Shown here piece by piece: positions 17,907-26,701 of a stretch of 64,000 nucleotides of DNA (within the stretch, counting starts at the first letter, position 1; every line of letters begins with the position of its first letter). The notes under the pieces are model-generated. The model ran no database searches, was not told the origin of the DNA, and was given only the letters and a program-made list of their open reading frames with translations. The stretch is from Polyangiales bacterium (lineage in GTDB: Bacteria; Myxococcota_A; Polyangia; Polyangiales; Ga0077539). A program made the position numbers and the translations under genes. The stretch spans positions 352,001 through 416,000 of the forward strand of contig JBGARZ010000007.1 of NCBI GenBank assembly GCA_044229975.1, in the 5' to 3' direction.

Positions 17907-18740
17907 ATGGCGCGCATGGGACCGGGTGGGCTGCGCGGGGCGATCGCCGCCGAGGCCGCGCGGCTGATGTACGAGGAGGGCGTGAAGCAGTACTTCACGG
18001 CCAAGCGTCTGGCGTCCAAGCGGATGTTCGGTCGCGTGGGCGGTCGTCGCATGCGCTACCGCCCGCAGGACCTCCCCTCCAACGGCGAGATCCGCGACGC
18101 GCTCCTCATCCTCGCGGAGTACGCCGAGGGCGACGGTCGCACGCGGCGTCTCTTCGCGATGCGCGTCGTGGCGCTGCGGGCGATGCGCGCGCTGGAGGAC
18201 TTTTCGCCACGGCTCATCGGCAGCGTGAGCACCGGGCACATCCGCCGCGGGAGCGACATCGACCTGCACGTCTTCTCCGACGACGAGGACGCGCTCATCG
18301 ACCACCTGAAGACCCTCGGGTGGCGGTGGGAGACCGAGCGCGTGACGATCCTGAAGTTCGGGGAGATTCGCGAGTACCTGCATGTCCACGTGCGCGACGA
18401 CTTCGAGCTGGAGCTCACCGTCTACGACCGCCGCGAGCTGCGCTTCCGCCCGCGCAGCAGCACCGACGGCAAGCCCATCGTGCGGGTGAAGAGCGCCGCG
18501 CTGGAGTCGCTGCTCGCCGCCGAACACGCCGACGCGTGGAAGCAGTACCTCGCCGACGGAATCATCCCGGGCCTCGATGCTGGAGACGACGAAGACGGCG
18601 ACGGCATGCGCGACCTCTCCCAGTGGGACGGCCTGCTCACCGACGACGACGACGACGACCCGGACATGGCGCCGCTGCCCGAGGAGCTCGCGATGGACGA
18701 CGGCGAGTACGACCCGCTGCCGGGCTTCGAAGCGGTGTGA
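17907..18740 (+). CDS. Pol-beta superfamily nucleotidyltransferase-domain protein with acidic tail
   Basis: LIGSVSTGHIRRGSDIDLHVF (hGS..DxD motif); N-terminal IAAEAARLMY helical domain; Asp-rich C-terminus. Confidence 0.82.
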   Translation: MARMGPGGLRGAIAAEAARLMYEEGVKQYFTAKRLASKRMFGRVGGRRMRYRPQDLPSNGEIRDALLILAEYAEGDGRTRRLFAMRVVALRAMRALEDFSPRLIGSVSTGHIRRGSDIDLHVFSDDEDALIDHLKTLGWRWETERVTILKFGEIREYLHVHVRDDFELELTVYDRRELRFRPRSSTDGKPIVRVKSAALESLLAAEHADAWKQYLADGIIPGLDAGDDEDGDGMRDLSQWDGLLTDDDDDDPDMAPLPEELAMDDGEYDPLPGFEAV

Positions 18741-18783
18741 GACTCTTGGCCGGGGTTCGGGCGTTGACCCTCACCACCGGTCT

Positions 18784-20085
18784 CTACCGCTCCACCCGCA
18801 GCGTGTACCCGCCGAAGTTGGCCCACGGCCCGTGCGTCATCGCGCGCAGCGTGTAGCGACCCGCCCGCGGCGCCACGAAGCGCACCCGGCTCGACCGCCC
18901 GCCCGCGCCGTCGTCGTCGTCCGCCAGCACCCGCGCGCCGTCGAGCACCCGCAGGTCGACGTCCATCGATCGGCACATGATCGCCTCTACCGCGTGCCCC
19001 ATCAGCGACAGCGTCACCGCCTCGCCCGCCCCGAGCTCCACCCCGTAGTCGTCGAAAAACGACCCGTCGTGCATGCGCCCGTCGCTCGCGCTGATCGCTC
19101 CCTCCACCGACTCGCCCACCCGCACCATCCGCGTCGGCGCGCCCACCGCGGGCTCTGGTGTCTTCGGGTCGTCGCCGACGTTTCGTCTCGGCAAGCCCAA
19201 GCCCAACAACACCTTGTCGAGGTACGCCGCGCCCATCCCGATGTGCTCGCAGTCCACCGTCGCGAAGACCGCGCGGTGGGTCCGCACGGCCTCGGTGATG
19301 GACGTCGCGGGCTGCTCCACCAGCGCGTCGCCCATGGTCGGCCGCAGCATCGTGAGCAGCGTCTCGACGTGCGGCGCCGTGAAGGGCAACCCCTCGTGCA
19401 GACACACCAGCCGTCGCGGATGGGCCGCGTCGCCACCGGTGATCCAGCGCGCGAAGGTCGGCTCCTGCGCGTAGAGCGCGTCGAAGAGCACCACGTTGCG
19501 AACGCGCCCGTCGAGGTCGTCGCGCTCCAACAGGTCGGCGATGGACGGACCACCTCCGCTCGACCCCACCAGCGTCACCGTCTCCACGTCGGCCAGCGTG
19601 TGCCGGCCCAATCGCGGCGCGAGCGTCTGCTCCAGCAGCTCCGTCACGAAGCGACGAAACCCACCCGGCGCCAGCCAGCGGCCCAGGCGCGGGTGACCCA
19701 GCCGGTCGTCGAGCTGCGGTGCGATGAGCAGCGTGCGTGTCCCCGCGAGGTCGTGGCGTTGCTGTCCGCCCCAGCTATCGAGCGGGCGACCCGTCCGCGG
19801 GTCGAGCAGACCGGAGCCCGCCCACCGCAGCGCCGAGTGACCCAGGCCGTGCAACACGATCACCAGATGCAACGGCGCGCTCGCGTCGTAGTCGGGCGGC
19901 GCGTGGACGATGACGTCGTTCATCGGCGCGAGGTCGGGGACGACGGCGCTGCGCACGTTGAACGCCGCGCTCCACTCTGCCGAGCGAACAGGCGCGTGCG
20001 ACCGGCTGTCGGCGTGCGCGGACTTGCGACGGCAGCCCGAGGCGACGACGGCAAGCGTGGCGAGCAGGAGGAGGGCGGAGCGCAC
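18784..20085 (-). CDS. Lipoprotein, alpha/beta-hydrolase-like domain plus C-terminal PPC-like domain
   Basis: Lipobox VASGC; VLHG, VGSSGGG, LFDALY; C-terminal DDDDGAGGRSSRVRFVAPRAGRYTL. Confidence 0.65.
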   Translation of the reverse strand: MRSALLLLATLAVVASGCRRKSAHADSRSHAPVRSAEWSAAFNVRSAVVPDLAPMNDVIVHAPPDYDASAPLHLVIVLHGLGHSALRWAGSGLLDPRTGRPLDSWGGQQRHDLAGTRTLLIAPQLDDRLGHPRLGRWLAPGGFRRFVTELLEQTLAPRLGRHTLADVETVTLVGSSGGGPSIADLLERDDLDGRVRNVVLFDALYAQEPTFARWITGGDAAHPRRLVCLHEGLPFTAPHVETLLTMLRPTMGDALVEQPATSITEAVRTHRAVFATVDCEHIGMGAAYLDKVLLGLGLPRRNVGDDPKTPEPAVGAPTRMVRVGESVEGAISASDGRMHDGSFFDDYGVELGAGEAVTLSLMGHAVEAIMCRSMDVDLRVLDGARVLADDDDGAGGRSSRVRFVAPRAGRYTLRAMTHGPWANFGGYTLRVER

Positions 20086-20122
20086 GGCGGCGCAACCTAT
20101 ACAAGACCACCCCGCGGATCGA

Positions 20123-20632
20123 CTACCCCGCCGCCATCTCCACCAGCTTCGCGACGGTGTTCATGTTGCGCGCGGTGCCCACCTTCGCGCCCGGAACCTT
20201 CAGCTTCGACTGACCCATCCCGTTGGCGTAGTGCACGTAGATCTCGCGCTTCCCCACCGCGAGCTCTTCGCCATCCGGCGCGACCACGCCCTCCAGCACA
20301 TCCTCCGCTGGCGCTTCGTCGAGGAACATCACGTACGTGTGACTGGGCTTCCCCTTCGGGTACGGATTGCCCGCCAGCACGGCGGCCATCTCCGCTGCGG
20401 TGCGCACCATCACGCCGACGGGCTTGCCCATCTTCGCGGCGAGCGCCTTCTCCAGCGCAGCCTTCACCTTCGCCTCGGAGCCTTTGCTCTCCAGCACGAG
20501 GTTGCCGCTCTGGATATAGGTTCGGGCGCCCTTGAACCCGAGCGCTTCGCACAGGTCGCGAAGCTCGCTCATGGGGAGGGCGCCCGTTCCACCGACGTTG
20601 ACGGCGCGTAGCAGCGCGATGAAGGCGGTCAT
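20123..20632 (-). CDS. DUF1697 family protein
   Basis: ALLRAVNVGG, TYIQSGNLV, TARNMNTVAKL. Confidence 0.88.
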   Translation of the reverse strand: MTAFIALLRAVNVGGTGALPMSELRDLCEALGFKGARTYIQSGNLVLESKGSEAKVKAALEKALAAKMGKPVGVMVRTAAEMAAVLAGNPYPKGKPSHTYVMFLDEAPAEDVLEGVVAPDGEELAVGKREIYVHYANGMGQSKLKVPGAKVGTARNMNTVAKLVEMAAG

Positions 20633-20660
20633 GGTCTCGCGACCATAGACCAGTGCGCGC

Positions 20661-20807
20661 CTACAGGCGGCCGGTGAAGAACAACACCGCGAGGATGATC
20701 AGCAGGATGCCCGCCGGGCCCATGCCCACCGCGCCGAAGCGCGAGTAGCCCCAACCGCCGCCGCCGAGAGCGAGAACCAGAAGAACGATGATGAGGATGG
20801 TGAGCAT
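20661..20807 (-). CDS. Small membrane protein, DUF3309-like (48 aa; absent from ORF track)
   Basis: MLTILIIVLLVLALGGGGWGYSRFGAVGMGPAGILLIILAVLFFTGRL*, with GGAGGT RBS upstream. Confidence 0.75.
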   Translation of the reverse strand: MLTILIIVLLVLALGGGGWGYSRFGAVGMGPAGILLIILAVLFFTGRL

Positions 20808-20979
20808 GGGAGACCTCCGCCGATGCAATGAGTCGTGGTTTGAGCAGGCAATGTGCCTGACGACTCATTGAGCATCGGTCGTGCCGCGCAGCGCTTCTGC
20901 CGGGTTCTCTACGGAGTCGCGACACGGCCACAGCGTCGACGCGAGCGCGTGCGCCCACTGTGGCTGTCTTGCGTGAGCG

Positions 20980-23900
20980 CTACGGCATCACGACTTCGGC
21001 TGCGCGCGGCGTGTTGCCGGTGACGTTCGCGGCGAGCAGCGCGCCGTTGCCCGTCCAGCCCCAGCACATCGCGCGTCCGCCCGATCGCTCCAGCGCGCAG
21101 GGCGTCCCGTAGCCGCGACCGAGACGGATCATCGAAAACGCCCGCGAGATGTTCACGTACGACGCCACGGTGAAGCCGATGGAGCCGTCGCCGATCTGCC
21201 CGAACTCGTTGCGGCCGCGGCAGTACGTCTGCCCGTCCGTCCTGATCTCGCACTCGGTGTCGATCGGCTCGCCGAACACCTGCGTCCGCGTGTTGAACAC
21301 CACGTCCGCCAGCGCGGGCTGCACCGTCGCGCGCGCCTGCCAGGTCCAGCCCCAGCCCAGCGTGCTCGCGAGCGAGGTCTGCCCGTACGTGCGGAAGTGG
21401 TCGGTGTGCACGTTGGTGAAGCCCGTCGCCGAGATGAGCATCGTCGCCGTCGCCGACGCGCTCTGCACCGGAAACGGAATCGATCGGTTGGTCCTGAACC
21501 CGTCGCCGAGCTCGGTCTCCAGGTTGCGCCCCCAGCAGTGAACCTCCGTGTTGGCCAGCCGCACGCAGTGCGTGTCCGACCCGATGCTGAACTGCACCGC
21601 CGTCGTCACGCCCATCACCGGCACCGGGACGTTGCTGTCGATCATCGTCCCGTTGCCCAGGTTGCCGTAGTAGTTGCGCCCCCAGCAGCGCATCTGCCCC
21701 GAGGTCAGCCGCGCGCACGTCGTGTAGTCCGCCGCGTGGATCTCCACCACGTCGGTGAGCCCCACCACCGGCACCGGCAGCGAGCGGTTGGTGTTGCTCA
21801 TGTCACCGAGCTGCCCGAACACGTTGCTGCCCCAGCACACCACCGTCCCGCCGCGTCGCAGCGCGCACGCGTGCTGCCAGCCCACCGCGATCTGCGTCGC
21901 GTCCGTGAGCCCCGTCACCGGCACCGGCGTCGGACCCGGCGTCGTGTTGCCGCGTCCGAGCTGCCCCGCCTCGTTGCCGTTCACCCGGTTGCCCCAGCAG
22001 AACACCCGGCCGTCCATGTGCAGCGCGCACTTCCACTGCGCCGTCGCCATCAGCGCGCTGTTGATCGCCTGCCCCACCTCGATCTGCGTGAGCCCCGTGA
22101 GGTCGCTCCCGCTGTACTGGATCGGCTGCGGACGCGGAACCGACTCCGTCCCGCCGCCCGCCTCTCCAAACGGGTTGTTGCCCCAGCAGAACACCCGGCG
22201 ATCGACCCCCACCACGCACGAGTGGTGATCGTACGCCGCCAGACGAAATGCCTCCGACGCGATGCCCGGCACCGCCGTCGCCGTCGCGCGGTTGGTCGTC
22301 GTCCCATCCCCCAACTGCGCCAGCGCGTTGTCGCCCCAGCAGCGAACCGTTCCGTCGGTGGCGATCGCGCACACGTGACGGAGACCCGCGCGAATCGTCC
22401 GCGCCGCCGTGAGCCCGGTCACCGCCACCGGGACATTGCGCGCCGTCGTCGTGGTGTCCCCGAGCTGCCCCTCGGCGTTGCGTCCCCAGCACACCACGGC
22501 CCCGCTCGTGCGCCGCGCGCAGGCGAAGTCCCGACCCGCCGTGAGCTCCTCGGCGTCCGTCAGCCCGCGCACCACCACCGGGACGAGCGCGCTGTTGACC
22601 GACGCGCCGTTGCCGAGCTGACCCGAGGTGCCCGTCCCCCAGCACTGCACGGTGCGATCGGCGAAGCGCGCGCACGTAAACGTCCCGCCCGTGCGCACCT
22701 CCACCGCCCGTGCTCCGAGCGTCACCGCCGGCAGCAGCGCGGGCGCCGTCACCAGTCGTGCGAGACCGTCCCAGCAGTACACCTGCCCGTCGACGCCGAG
22801 CCCGCAGAAGTTGGTCTCGCGCCCGGAGATCTGCGTCACGTTGGGCAGGCCCGCGACCACGCCCATCGCCTGCCCGAAGCCCCAGCAGCGCACCGAGCCG
22901 TCGACGAGCCGCGCGCACCCGCGGTTGGAACCCATCGCCACCTGCTGGATGCCCTCCACCGGAACGCCCGCCGGGTCGAGCAACTGCACCGGCGTCGCGC
23001 GGTGCCCGTACGCCCCGCCCGCGGAGGTGAGCATCCCGTTGGCGAAGGTGCTGTTCTGCGCGTGCAATCCCCAGCAGAACACCCGCCCGCTCGTGTACCG
23101 CACGCAGTTGTTGGCGGTTCCGGCTTCGATGTTGTCGACGCGCGCGCAGGCGCCCTCGAAGCAGCCCGTCGGGCACACGTTGCCGCACGCTCCGCAGTTG
23201 TTGGGGTCGCGCGACAGCTCGGCGCACTCCGCGCCGCACACCACCTGCGGCGCCCGGCACGTCAGCGTGCAGCGACCCGCCATGCACTGCTCGCCTGCGC
23301 CGCAGGTGTTGCCGCACGCGCCGCAGTGCTGCCCGCTCGTCGCGAGGTCGAAGCAGTTGCCCGAGCAGAGCGTCTGTCCCGCCACGCAGGCCACGCGGCA
23401 TGCGCCCGCTACGCAGGCGTTGCCGGTGGGGCAGACGGTTCCGCAGGCGCCGCAGTTGTTGGGGTCGGTCTGCGTGTTGGTGCAGCCGCCCGCGCAGGTG
23501 ACCTGGCCCGTCGAGCACGTCGCCACGCAGCGACCATCGCCGCACAGCGCGCCGCCGGTGCACACGTTGCCGCACGATCCGCAGTTGTTGCGATCGTTGT
23601 CGAGCACGACGCAGCGCCCCGAGCAGGTCTCCTGCCCATCGGGGCAGGGGATGTAACAACGGCCCATGGCGCAGCGCAGGCCGGGGAAGCACGCGTTGCC
23701 GCACATCCCGCAGTGGTTGGTGGCCGTGGCAAGGTCGGTCTCGCAGCCGGTGTCATCGGCGCCGTCGCAGTTGCCGAAGCCCGTCGTGCAGCTCGCCACG
23801 ACGCACGCGCCCATGCGGCACGCGGCCGCGCCGTTGACGGGCATCGGGCAGGCGTTGCCGCACGCGCCGCAGCTCCCGAGGGTGGTGTTGAGGTCGGTCT

Positions 23901-24825
23901 CGCAGCCGTTGCTCGGGTCGCCGTCGCAGTCGCCGAAGCCGGTGGTGCACGCGTAGCCGCAGACGCTCGCGGTGCAGGTCGGCGTGGCGTTGGCGGCGCC
24001 CGGGCAGGCGCGCGCGCAGCCGCCGCAGTTGGCGGGATCGGAGCGCGTGTCGAGCTCGCAGCCGTTGGCCTGCGCGCCGTCGCAGTCGCCGTAACCTTCG
24101 CTGCAACGGGCGATGGCGCAGGCGCCGGCGCGGCACTCGGGGGTGCTGTTGGGGGCCGAGCACACGCGACCGCAGCCGCCGCAGTGGGCCGTGTTGGTGC
24201 GCGTGTCGACGCAGCCGAGGTCGCAGCAGGTGTCGGTGTTGGGGCAGCTCGTGACGGCGCAGCCGAACGCGCACATGTTGCCGCGGCAGACGCTCCCGCT
24301 GGGGCAGTGGGCGTCCATGGTGCAGCGGACGCACGCGTGGACGGACGTCTCGCAATAACTGAACGCCACCCCGCCATCGCCCGTCGCCGTGGTGCAGCCC
24401 TCGTCGCTGCGGCAGCCTGCGACGCAGGTGTTGGTGACGGTGTCGCAGTGCTGCGTGGCGGGGCACGCGTCGTCGACGAGGCACTGCACGCAGCGACCGG
24501 TGAGTCGGTTACATACGCGCCCGCCGGGGTCGGTGGTGCAGTCGGCGTCGCCGGTGCAGCCCATCGGGACATCGGCGGGGACGTCGACGGGCGTGTCGGT
24601 GGGCGCATCGCCGGGCGCATCGACAGAAGGAGCGTCGACGGTGTCCATGGTGGAGATGTCGACGGGGAGATCGAAGGTGGGGAGGACGAGGTCGTCGGTG
24701 GCAGAGGCATCGAGCGCGGCGTCGGCCCCAGTGGCGTTGTCGGGACCACCGACGACGGACTGACCGAGACAGCCAGCGACGGAGAGCGTCGCGGCGAGCA
24801 GGAGCGAGACGGTTGCGAGCCTCAT
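20980..24825 (-). CDS. Cys-rich repeat lipoprotein with C-terminal RCC1/BLIP-II-like beta-propeller repeats
   Basis: Lipobox VAGC, acidic DAP/DVP linker, Cys repeats, then many V-x-CWG-x-N-x-x-GQLG-D-G repeats. Confidence 0.9.
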   Translation of the reverse strand: MRLATVSLLLAATLSVAGCLGQSVVGGPDNATGADAALDASATDDLVLPTFDLPVDISTMDTVDAPSVDAPGDAPTDTPVDVPADVPMGCTGDADCTTDPGGRVCNRLTGRCVQCLVDDACPATQHCDTVTNTCVAGCRSDEGCTTATGDGGVAFSYCETSVHACVRCTMDAHCPSGSVCRGNMCAFGCAVTSCPNTDTCCDLGCVDTRTNTAHCGGCGRVCSAPNSTPECRAGACAIARCSEGYGDCDGAQANGCELDTRSDPANCGGCARACPGAANATPTCTASVCGYACTTGFGDCDGDPSNGCETDLNTTLGSCGACGNACPMPVNGAAACRMGACVVASCTTGFGNCDGADDTGCETDLATATNHCGMCGNACFPGLRCAMGRCYIPCPDGQETCSGRCVVLDNDRNNCGSCGNVCTGGALCGDGRCVATCSTGQVTCAGGCTNTQTDPNNCGACGTVCPTGNACVAGACRVACVAGQTLCSGNCFDLATSGQHCGACGNTCGAGEQCMAGRCTLTCRAPQVVCGAECAELSRDPNNCGACGNVCPTGCFEGACARVDNIEAGTANNCVRYTSGRVFCWGLHAQNSTFANGMLTSAGGAYGHRATPVQLLDPAGVPVEGIQQVAMGSNRGCARLVDGSVRCWGFGQAMGVVAGLPNVTQISGRETNFCGLGVDGQVYCWDGLARLVTAPALLPAVTLGARAVEVRTGGTFTCARFADRTVQCWGTGTSGQLGNGASVNSALVPVVVRGLTDAEELTAGRDFACARRTSGAVVCWGRNAEGQLGDTTTTARNVPVAVTGLTAARTIRAGLRHVCAIATDGTVRCWGDNALAQLGDGTTTNRATATAVPGIASEAFRLAAYDHHSCVVGVDRRVFCWGNNPFGEAGGGTESVPRPQPIQYSGSDLTGLTQIEVGQAINSALMATAQWKCALHMDGRVFCWGNRVNGNEAGQLGRGNTTPGPTPVPVTGLTDATQIAVGWQHACALRRGGTVVCWGSNVFGQLGDMSNTNRSLPVPVVGLTDVVEIHAADYTTCARLTSGQMRCWGRNYYGNLGNGTMIDSNVPVPVMGVTTAVQFSIGSDTHCVRLANTEVHCWGRNLETELGDGFRTNRSIPFPVQSASATATMLISATGFTNVHTDHFRTYGQTSLASTLGWGWTWQARATVQPALADVVFNTRTQVFGEPIDTECEIRTDGQTYCRGRNEFGQIGDGSIGFTVASYVNISRAFSMIRLGRGYGTPCALERSGGRAMCWGWTGNGALLAANVTGNTPRAAEVVMP

Positions 24826-24875
24826 CGACGAACCTCCACAGGCGGGGATGCCGCAGGGTATCGGAGGACGAGGCA

Positions 24876-24956
24876 GGGGACGGTTTCAACTTTTCAACTT
24901 GTTGCAAAGGCCGTTGTCGGCTGCGAGCGACAAGTTGAAAAGCTGAAACCGTCCCC
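24876..24956. repeat. AT-rich REP-like palindrome GGGGACGGTTTCA...TGAAACCGTCCCC
   Basis: 30-bp arms GGGGACGGTTTCAACTTTTCAACTTGTTGC / GCGACAAGTTGAAAAGCTGAAACCGTCCCC with two mismatches, in a divergent intergenic region. Confidence 0.8.
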
Positions 24957-25018
24957 ACCCGTCGCTCCCCAGGCTGCTGCTAGCGGTCATTGGGGAAGGG
25001 CGGTACCCATCCGTCCCC

Positions 25019-26038
25019 ATGAGAGTTCAGATCGCGCAGTCGGTCGCGTCGGGCGAGCAGCTCCGGGGCTACCTCCAGTCGGTGATGCCGCAGTACGAGC
25101 ACTTCACCCGCGGGGGCAGCGCCTGTGTGGGCAACGGGCTGGCGACGGGCGTGGTGGTGAAGCCCGATGGTCCCAACGCGGTGAAGATGAGCTGGGAGAT
25201 TCCCAACCTCCCGGTGAAGCTGCTGCTCACGCTGTCCATCGTCTTCACGGGCATCCTGCCGGGGCTGTTGTTGTTCGGGCTGGTGTGGATGGTCATCAGC
25301 AGCGACGTCGAACGCCTCAAGCAGGAGGTCGCCCACGCGCTCACCAGCGGTCAGCCCATGCAGCCGGGCATGGCCATGGCCATGGCCTCGCGCCCGTCGA
25401 AGCCGGGCGGGGCGGCGCTGGCGTTCGGGATCGTCCTCGTGCTGGCGTCGCTCGCGGCGTTCGCGTTTTCGTACGACAACTTCGAGGGGGCGAACCGCGC
25501 CGACCGCTACGCCGCCGACGCGTCGAGCAGCTACCGCTCGAACTACGGTCTGAGCCCGTCGTTCTGGTACAGCCGCGCTCGCGTGCGTCGCGAGCAGGCC
25601 ACGATGTCCGCCGCCGTTGGGGTCATGGGGCTCATCGTCGCCGTCGGGCTCTTCCTGGCGCGCGGCTCGAAGGTGCGCGCGTGGGAAGCGCAGAACGCCA
25701 ACGCCGGACCGATGATGTCGATGCCGCCGCAGCAGCCGGGCTTCGGTCCGCCGCCGGGCTACGCGATGCCGCAGCCGCAGTACCCGCAACAACCGCAATA
25801 CCCCCAACAGCCGCAGTACCAGATGCCGCCGCAGCAACCGCAGCAGGCGCAGCAGGGCTACGGGATGCTGCCCCAGATGCCCGGCTACGGAAGCCTTCCG
25901 CCGCAGGCTGGCTACCACCAGCCGCCGGCCCACATGATGCCGCCCCAGCAGCCGCAGCCGCCGATGTCAGGGCCCAACCCGTTCGGGCCCAACCCGCAGG
26001 GCGGTTGGCCTCCCGGTGGAGGCAATCCGCAGGGCTGA
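25019..26038 (+). CDS. Membrane protein with Pro/Gln/Gly-rich C-terminal tail
   Basis: Three to four hydrophobic segments; tail with PQYPQQPQYPQQPQY and GPNPFGPNP. Confidence 0.7.
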   Translation: MRVQIAQSVASGEQLRGYLQSVMPQYEHFTRGGSACVGNGLATGVVVKPDGPNAVKMSWEIPNLPVKLLLTLSIVFTGILPGLLLFGLVWMVISSDVERLKQEVAHALTSGQPMQPGMAMAMASRPSKPGGAALAFGIVLVLASLAAFAFSYDNFEGANRADRYAADASSSYRSNYGLSPSFWYSRARVRREQATMSAAVGVMGLIVAVGLFLARGSKVRAWEAQNANAGPMMSMPPQQPGFGPPPGYAMPQPQYPQQPQYPQQPQYQMPPQQPQQAQQGYGMLPQMPGYGSLPPQAGYHQPPAHMMPPQQPQPPMSGPNPFGPNPQGGWPPGGGNPQG

Positions 26039-26045
26039 CCCTCGC

Positions 26046-26672
26046 TCACCCCACCGGCGGCGGAGTCGCCTTGAACAGCGGCCCCGGCACCGCGAACACC
26101 GGCCGCCCCGCGGCGTTGTTCACCAGGATCGCGAAGGCCAGGTACAGCGCGATGAGCCCGAGCACGACCGTCGCCAGCGCGATGGGCATCGCGAAGGCCG
26201 TGCTGTGCGTGAGCTCCTTCAGCACGCGGCACGCGAAGAGCACCACGATGTCGGCGAGAAACGCGAACAGCAGCTTCGAGAAGAAGCCAAACGCGTAGCT
26301 GAGCACCACGAAGATCACCAGGAACAACACGTCGACGCTGAGCACGATGCCCGGGTCGGGGACGCGGCCCTCGGCGTAGCCGGAGAGGGTCTGGTAGTTC
26401 ATCAGCCAGTTGAAGGCGAAGGTGGTGAAGAGGGTTCCGCCGAGGAGGTTCTTGTTGGCGAGCGCCATGATGCCCGCGATGAACTGACACCCCGCGCCGA
26501 AGTACAGACAGTAGAACGCCGCCGTCCGAAACCCCGCGGCCGTGAGGCTGTGACCGAACGCGATGGGCAGCAGCGCCGCGCACCCCACCGCGAGCCCGAG
26601 CAGCCCCAGCGGCGTCGACTCGGCAAAGGGGTTCACGGGTGCGGCGGCAACGGCGGTCTTCGGGGTCTCCAT
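26046..26672 (-). CDS. Acetate uptake transporter, SatP/GPR1/FUN34/YaaH family
   Basis: FAESTPLGLLG, FGAGCQFIAG, GGTLFTTFAFNW, six TM helices; start at METPK. Confidence 0.8.
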   Translation of the reverse strand: METPKTAVAAAPVNPFAESTPLGLLGLAVGCAALLPIAFGHSLTAAGFRTAAFYCLYFGAGCQFIAGIMALANKNLLGGTLFTTFAFNWLMNYQTLSGYAEGRVPDPGIVLSVDVLFLVIFVVLSYAFGFFSKLLFAFLADIVVLFACRVLKELTHSTAFAMPIALATVVLGLIALYLAFAILVNNAAGRPVFAVPGPLFKATPPPVG

Positions 26673-26701
26673 GCCGCAGGAGGGTACACCCCAATCGGCG
26701 A

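Noticed and set aside
24876..24956. Integron attC site
   Set aside because: Inner TTTCAAC/GTTGAAA only loosely fits RYYYAAC/GTTRRRY, flanking genes are divergent, and there is no integrase or cassette array.
25730..26035. Gln/Pro repeat as a special element
   Set aside because: Ordinary low-complexity protein tail, common in such genomes.
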